Shown here: piece by piece, positions 63,745 to 64,000 of the stretch | Layout: every line of letters begins with the position of its first letter | How positions within the stretch are numbered: position 1 is the first letter of the stretch | Assembly: GCA_964548165.1 (NCBI GenBank) | Contig: CAZJQD010000008.1 | Span: 1,979-65,978 of the forward strand | Length of the DNA: 64,000 nt | Direction of reading: 5' to 3' | From: an uncultured bacterium | GTDB lineage: Bacteria; UBA8481 | Made by a program: the position numbers and the translations under genes | The notes under the pieces: model-generated | Told to the model about the DNA's origin: nothing | What the model saw: only the letters and a program-made list of their open reading frames with translations | Database searches by the model: none

Positions 63745-64000
63745 CCACGCGAGATGAGCAAGAGCCGGAGCGACTGAGGACCTTTGCCGCGGAGTTGGCG
63801 CGCGAGGCGGGCGCGTTGTTGCGAGAGCGATTCACCGGTGAACGTGCCGGGGACGCCCGCGCCAAGAGCCCGCGCAACATCGTGACGGAGGCGGACCTGG
63901 CGGCCGAGCGCCTGCTCCGGGAACGGATCATGGGGCGCTTCCCCGATCACGCCATCGTGGGCGAGGAGTACGCGCCGCGCGAGGGGCGCGGCGTCTCGTG
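63741..64000 (+). CDS. inositol monophosphatase-family protein (SuhB/IMPase), N-terminal part; 3' end outside window
   Basis: GTG overlaps the upstream stop (GTGA). IMPase motif …DLAAERLLRERIMGRFPDHAIVGEE…. ORF is open to the window end. Confidence 0.65.
   Translation, partial: MTTRDEQEPERLRTFAAELAREAGALLRERFTGERAGDARAKSPRNIVTEADLAAERLLRERIMGRFPDHAIVGEEYAPREGRGVS

Overview
High-GC (about 68-70% by eye) chromosomal segment from a diderm (Gram-negative-type) bacterium. Genes are densely packed, co-directional, and many have 1-4 nt stop/start overlaps. The large antisense ORFs in the six-frame track are GC-driven artefacts and were trimmed or ignored.

Gene content, 5' to 3':

1. A lipid-remodelling trio (lnt 3' end, a GT28 MGDG-synthase-like glycolipid glycosyltransferase, an LpxL/HtrB-type acyltransferase) is fused in one orientation to a minimal type II secretion-like core, gspC-gspD-gspE-gspF. 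No pseudopilin, gspL or gspM genes lie inside the window. The secretin carries an extra N-terminal TPR domain.
2. A divergent LysR-pirin pair with a dyad operator and a 31-codon upstream ORF coupled to pirin, followed by wrbA and thiD.
3. A PpiD-like periplasmic PPIase, a TPR membrane protein, a DMT transporter and a hypothetical.
4. A striking ~300-bp AT-rich island between two convergent gene ends. It contains a long imperfect inverted repeat built from tripled 8-mers, a T-tract, and three copies of a 15-nt tandem repeat.
5. An orphan RnfC/PduS-like Fe-S flavoprotein, an HExxH lipoprotein, a TIGR03960/TIGR03936 radical-SAM fusion and smc.
6. A Wzx/Wzy-type exopolysaccharide export block: wza, two tandem Wzc-like tyrosine-kinase co-polymerase paralogs, and a Wzy/O-antigen-ligase-like polymerase.
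7. proC-yggT-mtnP.
8. A 14-kb co-directional block that looks like an undescribed envelope system. It starts with a GspE/PilB-family ATPase whose MshEN c-di-GMP-binding motifs are intact but whose His-box His is replaced by Phe. It is followed by TPR scaffolds, an outer-membrane beta-barrel-TPR fusion, a Pro/Ser-rich TPR protein, two tandem secreted coiled-coil proteins that each end in a ComEA-type helix-hairpin-helix DNA-binding domain, a lipoprotein and a secreted ankyrin-repeat protein.
9. On the minus strand, an Arn-like (undecaprenyl-phosphate aminosugar) modification operon: sugar C-methyltransferase, ArnC-like GT2, methyltransferase, ArnA-type formyltransferase, ArnD-type deacetylase.
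10. Two LemA paralogs plus a TPM protein, a HAD hydrolase, a membrane protein, a secreted S8 peptidase with a LamG-like domain, a TIGR02757 protein, and the 5' end of an inositol monophosphatase.

No rRNA, tRNA, CRISPR array or recognisable transposase was found.
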